Positions 20,726 through 32,010 of a stretch of DNA of 64,000 nucleotides are shown here, in pieces. The stretch's first letter is position 1, and every line of letters begins with the position of its first letter. The notes under the pieces are model-generated. The model was not told the origin of the DNA and did no database searches. It was given only the letters and a program-made list of their open reading frames with translations. Source of the DNA: Candidatus Latescibacterota bacterium (lineage in GTDB: Bacteria > Latescibacterota > UBA2968 > GCA-2709665); the NCBI GenBank assembly GCA_965248435.1, contig OZ252100.1, positions 5,088,001-5,152,000 on the forward strand, read 5' to 3'. The position numbers and the translations under genes are program-made.

Positions 20726-21781
20726 TTAGGCGTAGCGTTTCCATTCGGATGCGTGGGATTCCGGCGTCTTCCCGCAGATCTGGTGGACCAGCCTGGACAG
20801 GATGACGTGCGCCGAGCTGGAACGCCATTTGAGTCGGTCGTCTGCTTCGAAGAGTGCCCGAAAGGCTGCCCAAAGGGTATCGTCGTCAAATCGCGAGGCC
20901 TGGTCCAGGTACTTCGAAAGGAAGTAGGGTGGGACCTTCAGCTGTCCGGCCAGCTGCCCCCTGGGTAGCCGCATGCCCTGCAGGGATCGTGCCTTCCTGA
21001 GGATCGAGAGGTGCCGGCCGAGGATGGCAAGGACGCCGATCGCGTTTTCCCCTCGATCCATCAGCCGTTTCAAGATGGCCAGGGCCTCGTCCCGTTGCTG
21101 GCTTCCGACCGCGTCCGCGAACTCGAAAGCAGAGGCACCCCTCGAAGCGTTTACAACAAAAGCGACATCATCGGCAGAGATGGTCTTTCTGCCGCCCGTG
21201 TAGATCGCGAGTTTTTCCAGCTCATTAGCCAGATCTCTCGGTTGCGGGCCTACACTCAAGTGCAGCAGATGCGCAGCCTCTGGTTCCATCTCTTTTTCGA
21301 GCGCCCTGGTGAGCTTTTCGATCCACTCCGGAATCTGGTTCTCGTAGGGGGTCTTGAACTCGAGAGAAAGGGCGGCCTTGCGGAGTTCCCGGAAGGTCTT
21401 CTTGCGCGCATCTACTTTATTCGCGGTGTAAATCTGGACTGTCGTCTCGGGCGGGGACAGAATGATGGGGAGCAGGGCCTGGGCCGAGGAATCGTGCAGC
21501 CGATCGACTCGCTTGATCACGATCACTCGGCGAGCGGCCATCATAGGGAAGGCGATGGCCCGGGCGAGGACGTCGGCGACGTCAAGGTCCTCGGAATGCA
21601 GCACATCCAGGTTGAAGGCCCGAGAGGCGGGATCGGTAGCCCGGTCGATGAGCTCTCTCAGCACCTCTTCTTTTTTAAACTCTTCGGGGCCGTGTAGAAA
21701 GTAGACCGACGCGAAGTCGCCCTTCCGGATTTGGGCAAGGGCCTTTGACAGCGGTGTGGGTGAAGCGGAACGCTTACTCAA
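20726..21781 (-). CDS. holA: DNA polymerase III delta subunit
   Basis: VYFLHGPE, FN..., FPMMA.RRVIV and ELEKL. Confidence 0.9.
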   Translation of the reverse strand: MSKRSASPTPLSKALAQIRKGDFASVYFLHGPEEFKKEEVLRELIDRATDPASRAFNLDVLHSEDLDVADVLARAIAFPMMAARRVIVIKRVDRLHDSSAQALLPIILSPPETTVQIYTANKVDARKKTFRELRKAALSLEFKTPYENQIPEWIEKLTRALEKEMEPEAAHLLHLSVGPQPRDLANELEKLAIYTGGRKTISADDVAFVVNASRGASAFEFADAVGSQQRDEALAILKRLMDRGENAIGVLAILGRHLSILRKARSLQGMRLPRGQLAGQLKVPPYFLSKYLDQASRFDDDTLWAAFRALFEADDRLKWRSSSAHVILSRLVHQICGKTPESHASEWKRYA

Positions 21782-21837
21782 GGCAGGAATCCACTTTGAG
21801 ACCGTGGAAAATTGCGAGGGGATCGAAAAAGGGGAGG

Positions 21838-22557
21838 TCAGCTAAACTTGTAGACTTTGTGCTGCTCTGCCCATCGCACGCCGGCCTTCTTCGCCTGACT
21901 GCGGAAGTTTCCGTGGTCGTCGGGGTAGTGCATCAGATAGATCTTCTTGCGGATCTCCTTGGGCAGCGTGGCGAGTTCATCCAGGCTTGCGTGGATCCCC
22001 CCCTTGAAGAACTGGCAGTCGTGGAAGATCGCCTCTGCCGTCGAACCGTAGCCTCGTAGCATGCTCGGCATGAACTGAGTGTCACCCGAAAAGAGGATGC
22101 GATTGTCGATCATCAGACCGCAGCAAAACTTTTTCGGCACGTGGAAGGTCGGGATGATCTCGAACCTCGTGCTCTCAATCTCAAATTCAGTCGGTTCCTC
22201 TATCACATGAAAATACCCGTCGAGCTCCATTTTTCCGCTGTCGATATCCTCGAGGCCTCCACGGAGAGAGTTTTCCCACAGCGTGTCGATCAGCTCGTGG
22301 GGAAGATGGAGCTTCGGTTTTCTCCCCCCGAAGAAAAACCGGTTCAAGAAAGCGCATTCTTCGAGTCCGCCGATGTGATCAGCGTGCGTGTGCGTGATGA
22401 AGATGTGATCGATGTCTTTGAACGAGCGCCCGGTATCGTGGAGGCTGCGCCCGGCAGAGGCCCCGCAGTCGATCAGGATATTGCCGTTGACGAGAAGGTT
22501 GGTCTGGTAATGTTTCTTCGCAAAGGCGCTGCCAACGCCGAGGAATTCTAGCGTCAT
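21838..22557 (-). CDS. MBL-fold metallo-hydrolase
   Basis: THTHADHIGG, SGDT and LMHY. Confidence 0.9.
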   Translation of the reverse strand: MTLEFLGVGSAFAKKHYQTNLLVNGNILIDCGASAGRSLHDTGRSFKDIDHIFITHTHADHIGGLEECAFLNRFFFGGRKPKLHLPHELIDTLWENSLRGGLEDIDSGKMELDGYFHVIEEPTEFEIESTRFEIIPTFHVPKKFCCGLMIDNRILFSGDTQFMPSMLRGYGSTAEAIFHDCQFFKGGIHASLDELATLPKEIRKKIYLMHYPDDHGNFRSQAKKAGVRWAEQHKVYKFS

Positions 22558-22593
22558 CCTGTACCTCTTCGTTTCACGCGGGCAAAAGATTTT

Positions 22594-22788
22594 TCAAGCG
22601 TCCAGATCCTTGAATTCGGCGTCCCGAACCTGTTCGTCCTGAGCCCACGCGGACTCCTCGGGCTTGTGCGAGGTGCTTGTCCGGTGAAGTCGTGTCCAGG
22701 ACTTTAAATTGCGGATCTTCTTCCTGACGATTGCGTAAGCCAGAACAAGAAGCAAACCAAGAATGAGAAGACGTAAGAGCATGGGCAC
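22594..22788 (-). CDS. Small membrane-anchored hypothetical protein
   Basis: N-terminal TM and C-terminal VRDAEFKD; operonic with purM. Confidence 0.7.
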   Translation of the reverse strand: MPMLLRLLILGLLLVLAYAIVRKKIRNLKSWTRLHRTSTSHKPEESAWAQDEQVRDAEFKDLDA

Positions 22789-22791
22789 GAT

Positions 22792-23835
22792 CTACACAAT
22801 CTGGACGGCGTGATCGGGATCTTCAACAATCTCACCTAAATGAAATGCGGACTCTCCTGCCCTTGAAAGGCTTTCCAATGCTCTTTCCTGTTGCCCGGCA
22901 GGGACGATCAAGGCCAAACCGACCCCCATGTTGAAGGTCTGAAACATTTCCAGATCCTCGATTTGTCCGACCTCCTGCAACAACGAAAAGATGGGCGGCT
23001 CCTCCCACGCGCCACGCCGGATTCGTGCTCCCAACGGCTCCGGCAGGGCTCTGGGCAGGTTGTCGATGAGCCCCCCTCCGGTGATGTGCGCCATTGCTTT
23101 TACATCCGTGGACGCCAACAGCGGCAGCACGGATGGGACATAACAGCGGTGCGGCGCCATCAGGCCCTCCCCCACGGTCGCGCCCAGCTGCTCGACGTGG
23201 GTGTCGACTGTCAAACCTGCTGTTTCAAACAAAAGTTTGCGTGCGAGGCTGTATCCGTTCGTATGGAGGCCCGTAGACGCGAGTCCGATCAAGAGGTCGC
23301 CGGGACGAACGCGGGATTCGTCTATCAACTTCTCCCTTTCCGCGATCCCGACAATCGTTCCGGCCAGGTCGTATTCTCCCTCCGCATAGATCCCCGGAAG
23401 TTCGGCCATCTCCCCCCCGAGGAGCGCACATCCGCACGTCTTACAGCCCTCGGCAATACCTCTGATGACCTCCTCGACTGTCTCGGGGTCGTGGCGGCCC
23501 ATGCCCAGATAATCCAAGAAAAAAAGGGGCCTGGCCCCCTGGACGAGAATATCATTTGCACAATGCGCGACGATATCTGCTCCGACGACGTCGTGGTCGC
23601 CCGTGATAAATGCGATCTTCAACTTTGTCCCCACACTGTCTGTACTTGCCACGAGAGCAGGTTCCGTGTAATCCTTCCAGGGGGGGACGTAGATGCCGCC
23701 GAAACTTCCGATGTTGGACAGCACCTCTGAGCCGAGTGTAGATCGAACGACCTCACCGATCCGCTTCTTGGTTCGGTTCGCAGCATCGATATCCACACCC
23801 GCTGCTGCGTAGGCCTTCTGTCTGACCACGTGCAC
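22792..23835 (-). CDS. purM: Phosphoribosylformylglycinamidine cyclo-ligase
   Basis: YAAAGVDI, DSVGTK, GGEMAE, HTNGYSL, HITGGG and FNMG. Confidence 0.97.
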   Translation of the reverse strand: MHVVRQKAYAAAGVDIDAANRTKKRIGEVVRSTLGSEVLSNIGSFGGIYVPPWKDYTEPALVASTDSVGTKLKIAFITGDHDVVGADIVAHCANDILVQGARPLFFLDYLGMGRHDPETVEEVIRGIAEGCKTCGCALLGGEMAELPGIYAEGEYDLAGTIVGIAEREKLIDESRVRPGDLLIGLASTGLHTNGYSLARKLLFETAGLTVDTHVEQLGATVGEGLMAPHRCYVPSVLPLLASTDVKAMAHITGGGLIDNLPRALPEPLGARIRRGAWEEPPIFSLLQEVGQIEDLEMFQTFNMGVGLALIVPAGQQERALESLSRAGESAFHLGEIVEDPDHAVQIV

Positions 23836-23946
23836 CTCGGAGGTATATCAGGAGGGGGCCTTGGGGAAGGAAAGGTGAGTGACCCACAATCGCGTGACAG
23901 GCAATGCTGCTGCCCCGAGTGATCAGGTCAGCGGCTTCGTTGTGTA

Positions 23947-25680
23947 TCAGGAAGGGACCTTGTCGACGTGCACTTCGATCGGACTGCCATTGTGTTTAGC
24001 CGTGTCAAGGGCGCTTATTCCCTGGGAGTACAGGGCCCGCTGAAGGTCTTTCGGCGTAATCCCCTTGAGATTGTCCAGACCGGAAATCCCGATGTTGACC
24101 TTGATGGAGACGGTATCACCTTGTAGATCGAAGCGTCTGGAAGTGAGGTCTTTGTGCAAGGCTTCCGCGCGTTTGCGGAGCTGACGTTGGGGCATGCCCG
24201 GGACGACCAGGGCAAAACTGGTCCCTTCAAGGTGGCAGAGACGTTCGCCGCGCTTGATCGATTCTTTGATGCATTCCGAGAATTTCTTGATCAGAAGGTC
24301 TCCCTTCGATCGACCCAGTTTTCCATTGATCTCGATCATGCCCTCTGGAGAGATAAAGATACATCCCAGCGGCTGTCTGTTTGCGACGGCCTGTTTGAAT
24401 GCACCGGGAAGCATGACTTTGAACAGCATCACCTTGTTAGGCAGGCCGCTCACCTCAGAGATTCCCGCGAGCCTCATCCAGCGTTTGTTTTCCTCGTCCA
24501 GATGCGCAATCTTTTCCTGAAGATTACCGGACCCCGAAGCAGAAGGCGCGGGCTCAGTCACGGCAACCGGCGCCCCGGACGGAGCAGGCTCGGAAGCCTC
24601 CTCTGCGACCTGGACTTCGGTCGCCACGGAAGGGCTGGCCGCCGGTTCCTGGGCCTCGGGCGCAGGAGCGGAACTCGGCGCTTGAGGGGGGAGCCCCTCG
24701 GCGGATTGTGGTCTATCTTCGAGGCCTTTTTCCCGACGTTCTTTCAGCGCGCGCAGCTCTCTGCCCCGATCTCCCGCTTTTTCCAGAAAATCCTTGGCGC
24801 GGTTGACGGCTCCACCGACGATGTTCTTGTCGTTGATGACACTCATGCACTTCGCCATCGCCCCGCTGAAGAGACTCAGTGCTTTCTTGAAGTCCTCTTC
24901 CTGGTCCGTCAATTCGTAGACGCGATATCCGATCTCCGCGATGAGGGTCATCAACCGCATTTCGTCATCGAGACTGGCTTCCTGCAGCGAGGAGAAATTC
25001 CACTCGAAGCACGCCAGCGTCAACCGGAGTGCCCCTATCTCATCGACCGCGATCTCGGGAACCAGGGGATAGTCGCTGTTTGGTGGGAGGCCTTCTTTCC
25101 AGGGGCCGGAGGCCCTGGACAGGCAGTCGCGAATCGTTGAGCTGCCCGCGGACACGCCGAAGAGACGTTCTTCATCCCGTAAGATCCAGGCGACCCTCAA
25201 GTAGGAACGGGCGAGAATGCTCGGGGCGGGGGAACTCTTCAGGCATTCGGTAAAGATACCGAGATAGAATTGTGCCAGGAGGGTCCCGAAGACGTCTTGA
25301 GGCTGAATGCCCTTTCCCAGGGCCTGGGCGGCGTTCTGGCCGGTGTCGGCGCCCCTGGACAGGCTTTCGAGCGCATCATCGTGATACATCGCGAGATACT
25401 TGGCCGTCCCCTTTTTCTTCCACTGCCGGTAAACGGCATCGTCCAGCTGTGCCGTGTAGTAACATCGGCTGCAGCTGGCCCAGAAGTAGCTCAGCGGTGT
25501 CAGCTCGATGGGATAGTCACCCTTCTCAATCCAGGAGTATTCGAGAGGATGGCCGTCCGGTTCCTGGCTCTTTACCCGGTATATGTCCATCTTCAGCCGC
25601 GGATACCGGTTGTCGGTACCACAGGCGGGACAGGGTATGGTATAAACCCTACAGAGCTTTTGTTCTATCTCTTCGGTCAC
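23947..25680 (-). CDS. DUF2225-like Zn/TPR domain fused to a degenerate GGDEF-like domain
   Basis: CPAC...CSRCYY and LRVAWILR, then a Pro/Ala linker, SGLPNK, INGKLGRSKGD and HLEGTSF. Confidence 0.7.
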   Translation of the reverse strand: MTEEIEQKLCRVYTIPCPACGTDNRYPRLKMDIYRVKSQEPDGHPLEYSWIEKGDYPIELTPLSYFWASCSRCYYTAQLDDAVYRQWKKKGTAKYLAMYHDDALESLSRGADTGQNAAQALGKGIQPQDVFGTLLAQFYLGIFTECLKSSPAPSILARSYLRVAWILRDEERLFGVSAGSSTIRDCLSRASGPWKEGLPPNSDYPLVPEIAVDEIGALRLTLACFEWNFSSLQEASLDDEMRLMTLIAEIGYRVYELTDQEEDFKKALSLFSGAMAKCMSVINDKNIVGGAVNRAKDFLEKAGDRGRELRALKERREKGLEDRPQSAEGLPPQAPSSAPAPEAQEPAASPSVATEVQVAEEASEPAPSGAPVAVTEPAPSASGSGNLQEKIAHLDEENKRWMRLAGISEVSGLPNKVMLFKVMLPGAFKQAVANRQPLGCIFISPEGMIEINGKLGRSKGDLLIKKFSECIKESIKRGERLCHLEGTSFALVVPGMPQRQLRKRAEALHKDLTSRRFDLQGDTVSIKVNIGISGLDNLKGITPKDLQRALYSQGISALDTAKHNGSPIEVHVDKVPS

Positions 25681-25725
25681 TGCCTGGCTCCATACATAAG
25701 CTTAGGAAAGGGGCGATCGTCCCTT

Positions 25726-25950
25726 CTACCTTCTACCCCGCTTTGCCGACAGGAGTTCTTCCGCACGTCGCTGGGCCGCCGTCTTGGTCTGGGAGTCTGA
25801 AGGGGCCTGACCGAGGAAACGACTGGCGTTATGCAAATCCTGGGCCGAAAAGGTCCTGACGCGACCGTCTCCGAATTCCACGGCCACGGACTGCTGCGCC
25901 CCATCGTTGATCAATCTGACGTCCCGAATCTGCAGGTGTGGCGCGTCCAT
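25726..25950 (-). CDS. Hypothetical protein (74 aa)
   Basis: AAGGAG RBS; fills the gap between folP and the DUF2225 gene. Confidence 0.6.
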   Translation of the reverse strand: MDAPHLQIRDVRLINDGAQQSVAVEFGDGRVRTFSAQDLHNASRFLGQAPSDSQTKTAAQRRAEELLSAKRGRR

Positions 25951-26001
25951 TCGGCTCTCCTTGAGTGCTTTTCACAGGGTTCTGGACTGCCATGCAATCT
26001 A

Positions 26002-26913
26002 TTATCTCGGTTTGGCCTTGTCAAGTAGGTTTTGGGAGAAAGGCTTGCAGCGAACGATCTCTTCGGCCACCCGAATGGCCCGAATGGCCTCGCCTACATC
26101 GTGTACTCGAAGGATGTGGGCCCCACCCGCTACGCAAAACGCAAGCGCGGCAAGCGTGCCCTCGAGACGGTCCTTTGGCGGAAGATCCAGCGGGGCCCCG
26201 ACAAAGGTCTTTCGGGAAGGACCGAGCAGGAGCGGACGCCCCAGGGAATGAAACTCGGAGAGGCGGGAAAGGATCTCATAGTTGTGTTTGGGATGTTTGG
26301 CAAATCCAAGCCCAGGGTCCAGGATGATCTGTTCGGGTGCGATTCCGAGCGACCTGGCAGCGTCGCGGCGCTCGGCCAGAAAGCCAATGACCTCGCCGAT
26401 CAAGTCCTTATAACAGGGGTTGCTGTGCATCGTTTTGGGAGTGCCCTTCGTGTGCATCAGTACGACCGGTACTTCGGCCTCTGCCACGGTTTCTGCCATG
26501 TCCGGGTCGAACCTCAATGCGCCGATGTCGTTCACCATGGATGCACCGGCATCGAGTGCCCTCCGGGCCACTTCCGCTTTTGTGGTGTCGATGGAAATCG
26601 GGACGTGGACTCGGGATGCGACGCTTTCGACGACCGGGACGATCCGGCGGATTTCCTCTTCGGTCGATACGGGTTCTGCCCCTTCCCCGTAGGGCCCTGC
26701 CGGCCGTGTGGATTCTCCGCCCACGTCAATCAGGTCCGCTCCGGCCCCTGCCATACGTTCCGCGTGGCCAACTGCGTCTTCGACAGAGAGGTACCGACCC
26801 CCGTCCGAGAAGGAATCGGGGGTTACATTCAGGATGCCCATGACGAGGGTCCGGTCTCCGAGTTGGAGACGTCTTCCCCGGCAGGAAACTGAGTAGTGTG
26901 CTTTTGCATCCAA
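26002..26913 (-). CDS. folP: Dihydropteroate synthase
   Basis: MGILNVTPDSFSDGG, GGESTRP, DPGLGF, SRK and RVHDV. Confidence 0.97.
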   Translation of the reverse strand: MDAKAHYSVSCRGRRLQLGDRTLVMGILNVTPDSFSDGGRYLSVEDAVGHAERMAGAGADLIDVGGESTRPAGPYGEGAEPVSTEEEIRRIVPVVESVASRVHVPISIDTTKAEVARRALDAGASMVNDIGALRFDPDMAETVAEAEVPVVLMHTKGTPKTMHSNPCYKDLIGEVIGFLAERRDAARSLGIAPEQIILDPGLGFAKHPKHNYEILSRLSEFHSLGRPLLLGPSRKTFVGAPLDLPPKDRLEGTLAALAFCVAGGAHILRVHDVGEAIRAIRVAEEIVRCKPFSQNLLDKAKPR

Positions 26914-27026
26914 CTGTCTGTCGTTCTCCGGAATGGATCGGACTCAGGCTTTGAAACTAAAAAAGGATGCCAACAGCGACTCTGCCGCCCTGCCATCCTT
27001 TCCTGGAAAGATTGTTGAGGTCGGCG

Positions 27027-29225
27027 CTACTGGTTTGAGGTAGGCTCCTCTCTAAGCGGGGGAGTGCCAGGGGACTTCGTTTCCCCATCCGATTTTCCGT
27101 CTCCTGAGATCTCACGTTCAGGCCGCGTCTCCGTGCTCTGAGATGTTTCCGTCTTCTTTGGCTGCCCATCACGCCTGCGCCCCCTGTTCCTGCGAGGTCG
27201 GGGCTTCTCTATCTTTTCACCACCTAACAGTTTATCCAGCTGCGAGGCGTCGAGGACTTCAAACTCGAGCAGCGTTTCCGCGAGCGTGTGGAGCATCTCG
27301 AGATTTTCCTCGAGCAGCTTTTCAGCCCGGTGCTCTGCGTTCAGCACCAGAGATTTTACTTCCGTATCGATCGTCTCCGCGGTCGTTTCGCTGTAGTCAC
27401 GACGCTGCGCCAATTCTCGCCCCAGGAAGATTTCCTCCTGGTTTTGCCCGTAGGAGAGCGGGCCCAGCCTGTCACTCATTCCCCAATCGCAGACCATATG
27501 CCTCGCGAGGGCCGTGGCCTGATTGTAGTCATTTGCGGATCCCGTCGTCACTTCCCCGAACACGATCCTCTCGGCTACCCGTCCACCCAGCGCATACGCG
27601 AGCCTGGCCAGGCAGTAACTTTTAGGATAGGTATGACGTTCGTCAATCGGCAGGTAGCTTGTGACGCCGAGCGCGCGACCCCGCGGAATGATCGTGACTT
27701 TGTGGACCGGGTCGCTTTCCGGAATGAGCCTCGCAACGAGCGCGTGTCCGGTTTCGTGGTAGGCGAGGAGTCTCTTTTCCTCGTCTGAAATCACCAGGCT
27801 GCGTCGCTCGGCCCCCATCATTACTTTGTCCTTGGCGTTTTCGAAATCATCCATCGTCACACGGGATCGATTGTAACGGGAGGCGAGGAGGGCCGCCTCG
27901 TTGACCAGGTTCGCAAGATCTGCCTGGGACAAGCCGGGGGTACCGCGCGCAAGGACTTTTACGTTGACATTTCTGGCGAGAGGGATGTTTCTCGTGTGGA
28001 CCTTCAAAACGCCCTCTCGACCCCGGATGTCGGGTCGGTCCACCACGACCTGGCGGTCGAAGCGGCCCGGCCTCAGTAGTGCCGGATCGAGCACATCGGG
28101 GCGGTTGGTTGCCGCGATGAGGATCACACCTTCCTTGGAGTCGAAGCCATCCATTTCCACGAGGAGCTGATTGAGCGTCTGTTCCCGCTCATCGTGTCCG
28201 CCACCGATGCCGGCACCGCGGTGGCGTCCTACCGCGTCGATTTCGTCGATAAAGATGATGCAGGGGGCGTTTCCCTTTCCCTGTTCGAACAGGTCCCTGA
28301 CTCTGGAGGCCCCCACGCCCACGAACATTTCAACAAAGTCGGATCCGCTCATGCTGAAGAAGGGCACGGCTGCTTCCCCTGCAACAGCCTTTGCCATGTA
28401 GGTCTTCCCGGTACCGGGAGGACCTACCAGGAGTACACCCTTGGGAATCCGCCCTCCCAGCCGCTGAAATTTTCTAGGGTCGCTCAGGAATTCGATGATT
28501 TCCTGAAGTTCCTGTTTGGCCTCTTCAGAACCCGCAACGTCTTTGAACGTGACGGTTGGTTTGTCCTCGGAGAAGAGCTTTGCCTTGCTCTTGCCAAAGC
28601 TGAACGCGCCCTTGGGGCCTCCCTGCATCTGCCGCAGAATGAAAAGCCAAAGGCCGATGAACAACAGCCAGGGCAGAAAGTTGAAGAAGACGTTCAGCCA
28701 GTTGAAGGGCTTGTCCTGAAAGCGGAAATCGACATCGTTTTCCTCCCATTCCGCGCGTGCCTCCGCGTCTACGACCCCAAGGTTGACGACGAAGGTCTCG
28801 TAGGACCGCTCAACTCCCCTTTCCACGCCATAGTAGACAGTGTCCCTCAACTTTCCGTGGAACTCGCTTTCGATGATGACGGCACTTTCGATCTTTCCAC
28901 CCTTAAGATGCTCTTTGTACTCTTTGTAGCTGATTTCTTTGATCCCAGAACTCGTGTCGCTTCCGACGAATTTGGAAGCGAGGATGGCCACGAGGAGAAA
29001 GAAGATCCAGAATGCGAGCGTTTTGGAGAACCGGCGCCAGGGTCGACCTCCACCGTCGTCAGGGGCGTCTTCGATCTTGGGAAGGTCCTGCCTCTGCGGG
29101 CGCCGGGGCCGTCCACGCCGAGGGCCTTCGCCCTCTTTGGACTCCGGCTTTCCCTGATCCTTCTGGGGCCTGGGCTTTTTCGACTGCGGTTCTTCGCCTT
29201 CCTTCTTTCTGTCCTTCTGATCCAT
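27027..29225 (-). CDS. ftsH: ATP-dependent zinc metalloprotease FtsH
   Basis: Two TMs, [21 protein letters not shown] and HETGH. Confidence 0.98.
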   Translation of the reverse strand: MDQKDRKKEGEEPQSKKPRPQKDQGKPESKEGEGPRRGRPRRPQRQDLPKIEDAPDDGGGRPWRRFSKTLAFWIFFLLVAILASKFVGSDTSSGIKEISYKEYKEHLKGGKIESAVIIESEFHGKLRDTVYYGVERGVERSYETFVVNLGVVDAEARAEWEENDVDFRFQDKPFNWLNVFFNFLPWLLFIGLWLFILRQMQGGPKGAFSFGKSKAKLFSEDKPTVTFKDVAGSEEAKQELQEIIEFLSDPRKFQRLGGRIPKGVLLVGPPGTGKTYMAKAVAGEAAVPFFSMSGSDFVEMFVGVGASRVRDLFEQGKGNAPCIIFIDEIDAVGRHRGAGIGGGHDEREQTLNQLLVEMDGFDSKEGVILIAATNRPDVLDPALLRPGRFDRQVVVDRPDIRGREGVLKVHTRNIPLARNVNVKVLARGTPGLSQADLANLVNEAALLASRYNRSRVTMDDFENAKDKVMMGAERRSLVISDEEKRLLAYHETGHALVARLIPESDPVHKVTIIPRGRALGVTSYLPIDERHTYPKSYCLARLAYALGGRVAERIVFGEVTTGSANDYNQATALARHMVCDWGMSDRLGPLSYGQNQEEIFLGRELAQRRDYSETTAETIDTEVKSLVLNAEHRAEKLLEENLEMLHTLAETLLEFEVLDASQLDKLLGGEKIEKPRPRRNRGRRRDGQPKKTETSQSTETRPEREISGDGKSDGETKSPGTPPLREEPTSNQ

Positions 29226-30715
29226 CAGAAATTCACCTTTTTATTTTTCGGAAACAGGTCCGTGGCTTGAAGCCATCCCCCTTTGAATCCAACCTCGAGG
29301 ACCTTCCTGGTCTGGTTCGTTATCGGGAAAGGTTGCGCCCTCCGAACACCCACAACCCAGAATATCGTATTCCCGCTGACCAGAAGGGGGATTTCGTCTC
29401 GGAGGGGTTCCGGAATCTTGGCGTCGATCAGGAGATCACTCAACTTTCTCGTCCCCGACATACCGTATGGGTGGAAGCGATCTCCCGACTTCCGATTCCT
29501 CAGCAGCAGGCCTTCGGGAACGGTTGAGGCATCGAAAAAGGCCCGAAGCGGTCCGGGATTGTCCAGCTGGTCCCTCACGGCATCGAGGGGCAAAACGCGG
29601 GTCTCGAGGGTGGCGCCCAGGGAGGGGATCTCCGTTTCGCCGGGAACCGAGATTTGAACCTCGAAAGGGACGGTCGGACTGGAAAGGATCAGCCAATCAG
29701 CGTTCCGACTCGCCTTGATCTCGGGCGTCACCTGGAGCGATCCCGACGGCAAAGATTGCAATTCAAAAAGGCGTTGAATGGTCTTAAAGGAGATGTCTTC
29801 TGCGGGCAGCCCGAGCCCCCGAAAAGCCTTTTGAAGCAGACGCCGCTGAATCGATATATGATAACCGAAAATCGTTGTTATATCAAGAATTATTTTCTGT
29901 TTACCGCTGTGTTCAAGCGCGTTTCTGAAGGCCTCTTCCGATAGCCCATCCAGTAGTTCATCTTCGTGTCGGAAGATGTCGGCCGTCCTCGAAAGAACCT
30001 TCTCGATCGCCGGTGAACCGTGTGCCTCGAGTCGTGGAATCAGGTCGTGTCGGATCCAGTTTCGGATGAAACGCCGGTCAAAGTTCGTCGCGTCCTGGCG
30101 CGCCTGGATACCCCTGAAGGCAACGTAGTTCTCGACCTCATCTCGGGAGGTCTGCAGCAGCGGACGGATCCAGATCCCATCACGAACCGGCCTCATCGCG
30201 CCCAGGCCCCTCCGGCCCGCCCCGCGCAGCAGCCGAAAGAGGACAGTTTCCGCCTGGTCGCTGCGGGTGTGGCCGAGTGCGATGCGCGCGCATCCGGTCT
30301 TTTCCCGGACGGTGCGGAGGAAGCGATGCCGGGCCATCCTTGCGGCCTCTTCCGGTGAACGCCCCTTGAGCGAACCATCATTCAAATCGGCCAAGCCGCT
30401 GTGACAGGGGAGGCTGAGCCGTCTGGCGAGTTCGGATACGAACTCGGCGTCTTTCTCCGACTGCTCACCTCTCAGGCCGTGATTCAGGTGGGCGATGTGC
30501 AGCGTGTGCTCAAACCGGTCTTTGAGCCTGCAGAGGAGGTCCAGCAGCGCCACTGAGTCGGGACCCCCGGAAACGGCCACGAGGACGCCTTCTCCGGGAG
30601 AGATCATCTGGTGGCCGTTGACGAACTCGCCCACTTCGACCAAGAGATCCCGTCTGTCCAGATCTGTCTGGTGTTCCCGGCTCATTTGTGGCTCTTCACT
30701 CCGGCGGCCGCACAA
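29225..30715 (-). CDS. tilS: tRNA(Ile)-lysidine synthetase
   Basis: [22 protein letters not shown] and RNWIRH. Start probably 30685. Confidence 0.95.
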   Translation of the reverse strand: MCGRRSEEPQMSREHQTDLDRRDLLVEVGEFVNGHQMISPGEGVLVAVSGGPDSVALLDLLCRLKDRFEHTLHIAHLNHGLRGEQSEKDAEFVSELARRLSLPCHSGLADLNDGSLKGRSPEEAARMARHRFLRTVREKTGCARIALGHTRSDQAETVLFRLLRGAGRRGLGAMRPVRDGIWIRPLLQTSRDEVENYVAFRGIQARQDATNFDRRFIRNWIRHDLIPRLEAHGSPAIEKVLSRTADIFRHEDELLDGLSEEAFRNALEHSGKQKIILDITTIFGYHISIQRRLLQKAFRGLGLPAEDISFKTIQRLFELQSLPSGSLQVTPEIKASRNADWLILSSPTVPFEVQISVPGETEIPSLGATLETRVLPLDAVRDQLDNPGPLRAFFDASTVPEGLLLRNRKSGDRFHPYGMSGTRKLSDLLIDAKIPEPLRDEIPLLVSGNTIFWVVGVRRAQPFPITNQTRKVLEVGFKGGWLQATDLFPKNKKVNF

Positions 30716-30766
30716 TTGCGGATTTGGGATTGCGGAATGATGGCTACTTCGACGTTCGCTATAATT

Positions 30767-30849
30767 GTTTCTAGTTTCTAGTTTCTAGTTCATATCAAAT
30801 CCGTCGCGAATACGCTTAACGGTTTGTCTTTCAACTCGAAACTCGAAAC
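30767..30849. repeat. Heptamer tandem repeats (GTTTCTA)x3 and inverted-related AACTCGA x2
   Basis: gtttctagtttctagtttctag at 30767; aactcgaaactcgaaac at 30833. Confidence 0.7.
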
Positions 30850-30852
30850 GCT

Positions 30853-31901
30853 GGATTCAATGACTAAGTGCAACACTTGGACTTGAAGACTTCAGCTGGT
30901 GTTTTGAAGTTAAGACATTTTCTTGGTCGGTTGTTGATCCGGTTCTGAATTTTCTTTAACTCGTGTTTGCTGACCTTTGAGAAGTCTGTCTTCTTGGGGA
31001 GGTATCTGCGGACCAGACCGATAGCGTTTTCCACAGCGCCTCGCTCCCAGCTGTGGAACGGTTTGCAGAAATAGGATTTGGTGCCAAGCACCTCGTTGAC
31101 CCGTTGATGTTGGCCGTTTTCGGATCCGTTGTCATATGTGATGCTCTTCCTCATGTGGGGAGGATGTCGCCCAAGGCGTCGATTAATCGCTTCGGCGACC
31201 TCCGAGGGTCCGTTCTTTGCCAGCTTAGCCAGGTGTAGGTATCTCGACGATCGCTCAAGACAAGCGCCAACGGCCTGTTTGCTCTCACGAGAGATGATGG
31301 TGTCGGATTCCCAGTGGCCAGGTTGTTTCCGTTTTTCGATGTAACGGGGACGTCGATCGATCGAAATACGGCCTGGAATGTGGCTTTCCCGGTGTTTTCG
31401 GGTATGCCACCGCGGCTTTCGTTTTTTGTGAGCTCGGGATAAGCAAGCAACCAGATCCCGCTGCTTGTGCACCTTTGGATCGTAGATATACTGGTAGATG
31501 GCTTCGTGGCTGATACCCGCGCTCGGACGCTCCTCGGGAAGCCTCCCAGCGATCAACTCGGGAGACCATCCTTGCTTGAGTTTGGTCTCGACATATCGCC
31601 GGATAACCGGATTCTTCAGCCGTTTCCGCTTGCCGGCCTCCCGCTTACGTTTCTCAGCCCTTCTGTGAGCCTGGAGGCCCGAGTAACTCTCAGCTATCGG
31701 GGACGGATTACGTTTCAACTCTCTTGAAATCGTGCTGGCGCTCCGGTCAAGGGCCTTGGCAATATCTCTAAGGCTTGCACCAGTGGCTCGACAAAGCGCA
31801 ATCTGCTCGCGTTCGTCTATCGTAAGATGCTTGTAATTGTTTCCCATACACTTAGGATAGGACAGTTGCTACCCTAAGTGTTGCACTTCCTTATTGAACT
31901 C
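30853..31901 (-). mobile_element. IS30-family insertion sequence
   Basis: 26-bp imperfect terminal inverted repeats: GGATTCAATGACTAAGTGCAACACTT (30853-30878) and the reverse complement of 31876-31901, GAGTTCAATAAGGAAGTGCAACACTT. Confidence 0.9.
30864..31847 (-). CDS. IS30 transposase
   Basis: STISRELKRN HTH, WSPELI, GHWESDT, ITYDNGSE and WERGAVEN. Confidence 0.96.
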   Translation of the reverse strand: MGNNYKHLTIDEREQIALCRATGASLRDIAKALDRSASTISRELKRNPSPIAESYSGLQAHRRAEKRKREAGKRKRLKNPVIRRYVETKLKQGWSPELIAGRLPEERPSAGISHEAIYQYIYDPKVHKQRDLVACLSRAHKKRKPRWHTRKHRESHIPGRISIDRRPRYIEKRKQPGHWESDTIISRESKQAVGACLERSSRYLHLAKLAKNGPSEVAEAINRRLGRHPPHMRKSITYDNGSENGQHQRVNEVLGTKSYFCKPFHSWERGAVENAIGLVRRYLPKKTDFSKVSKHELKKIQNRINNRPRKCLNFKTPAEVFKSKCCT

Positions 31902-31915
31902 GGGAACTGCCTTTG

Positions 31916-31938
31916 CGAGATACGAGATACGAGATACG
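31916..31938. repeat. (CGAGATA)x3 heptamer repeat
   Basis: cgagatacgagatacgagatacg. Confidence 0.75.
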
Positions 31939-32010
31939 TTCCTTGTCCAGTGAGACTCCGGCTGCCCCCGAGCGGTTTCGTTAAAATCTGGTCTTGCGGC
32001 CGAGCGTGGA

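Noticed and set aside
23836-23946. Possible ZTP or purine riboswitch upstream of purM
   Set aside because: I could not match the consensus motifs by eye; an Infernal/Rfam scan would be needed.
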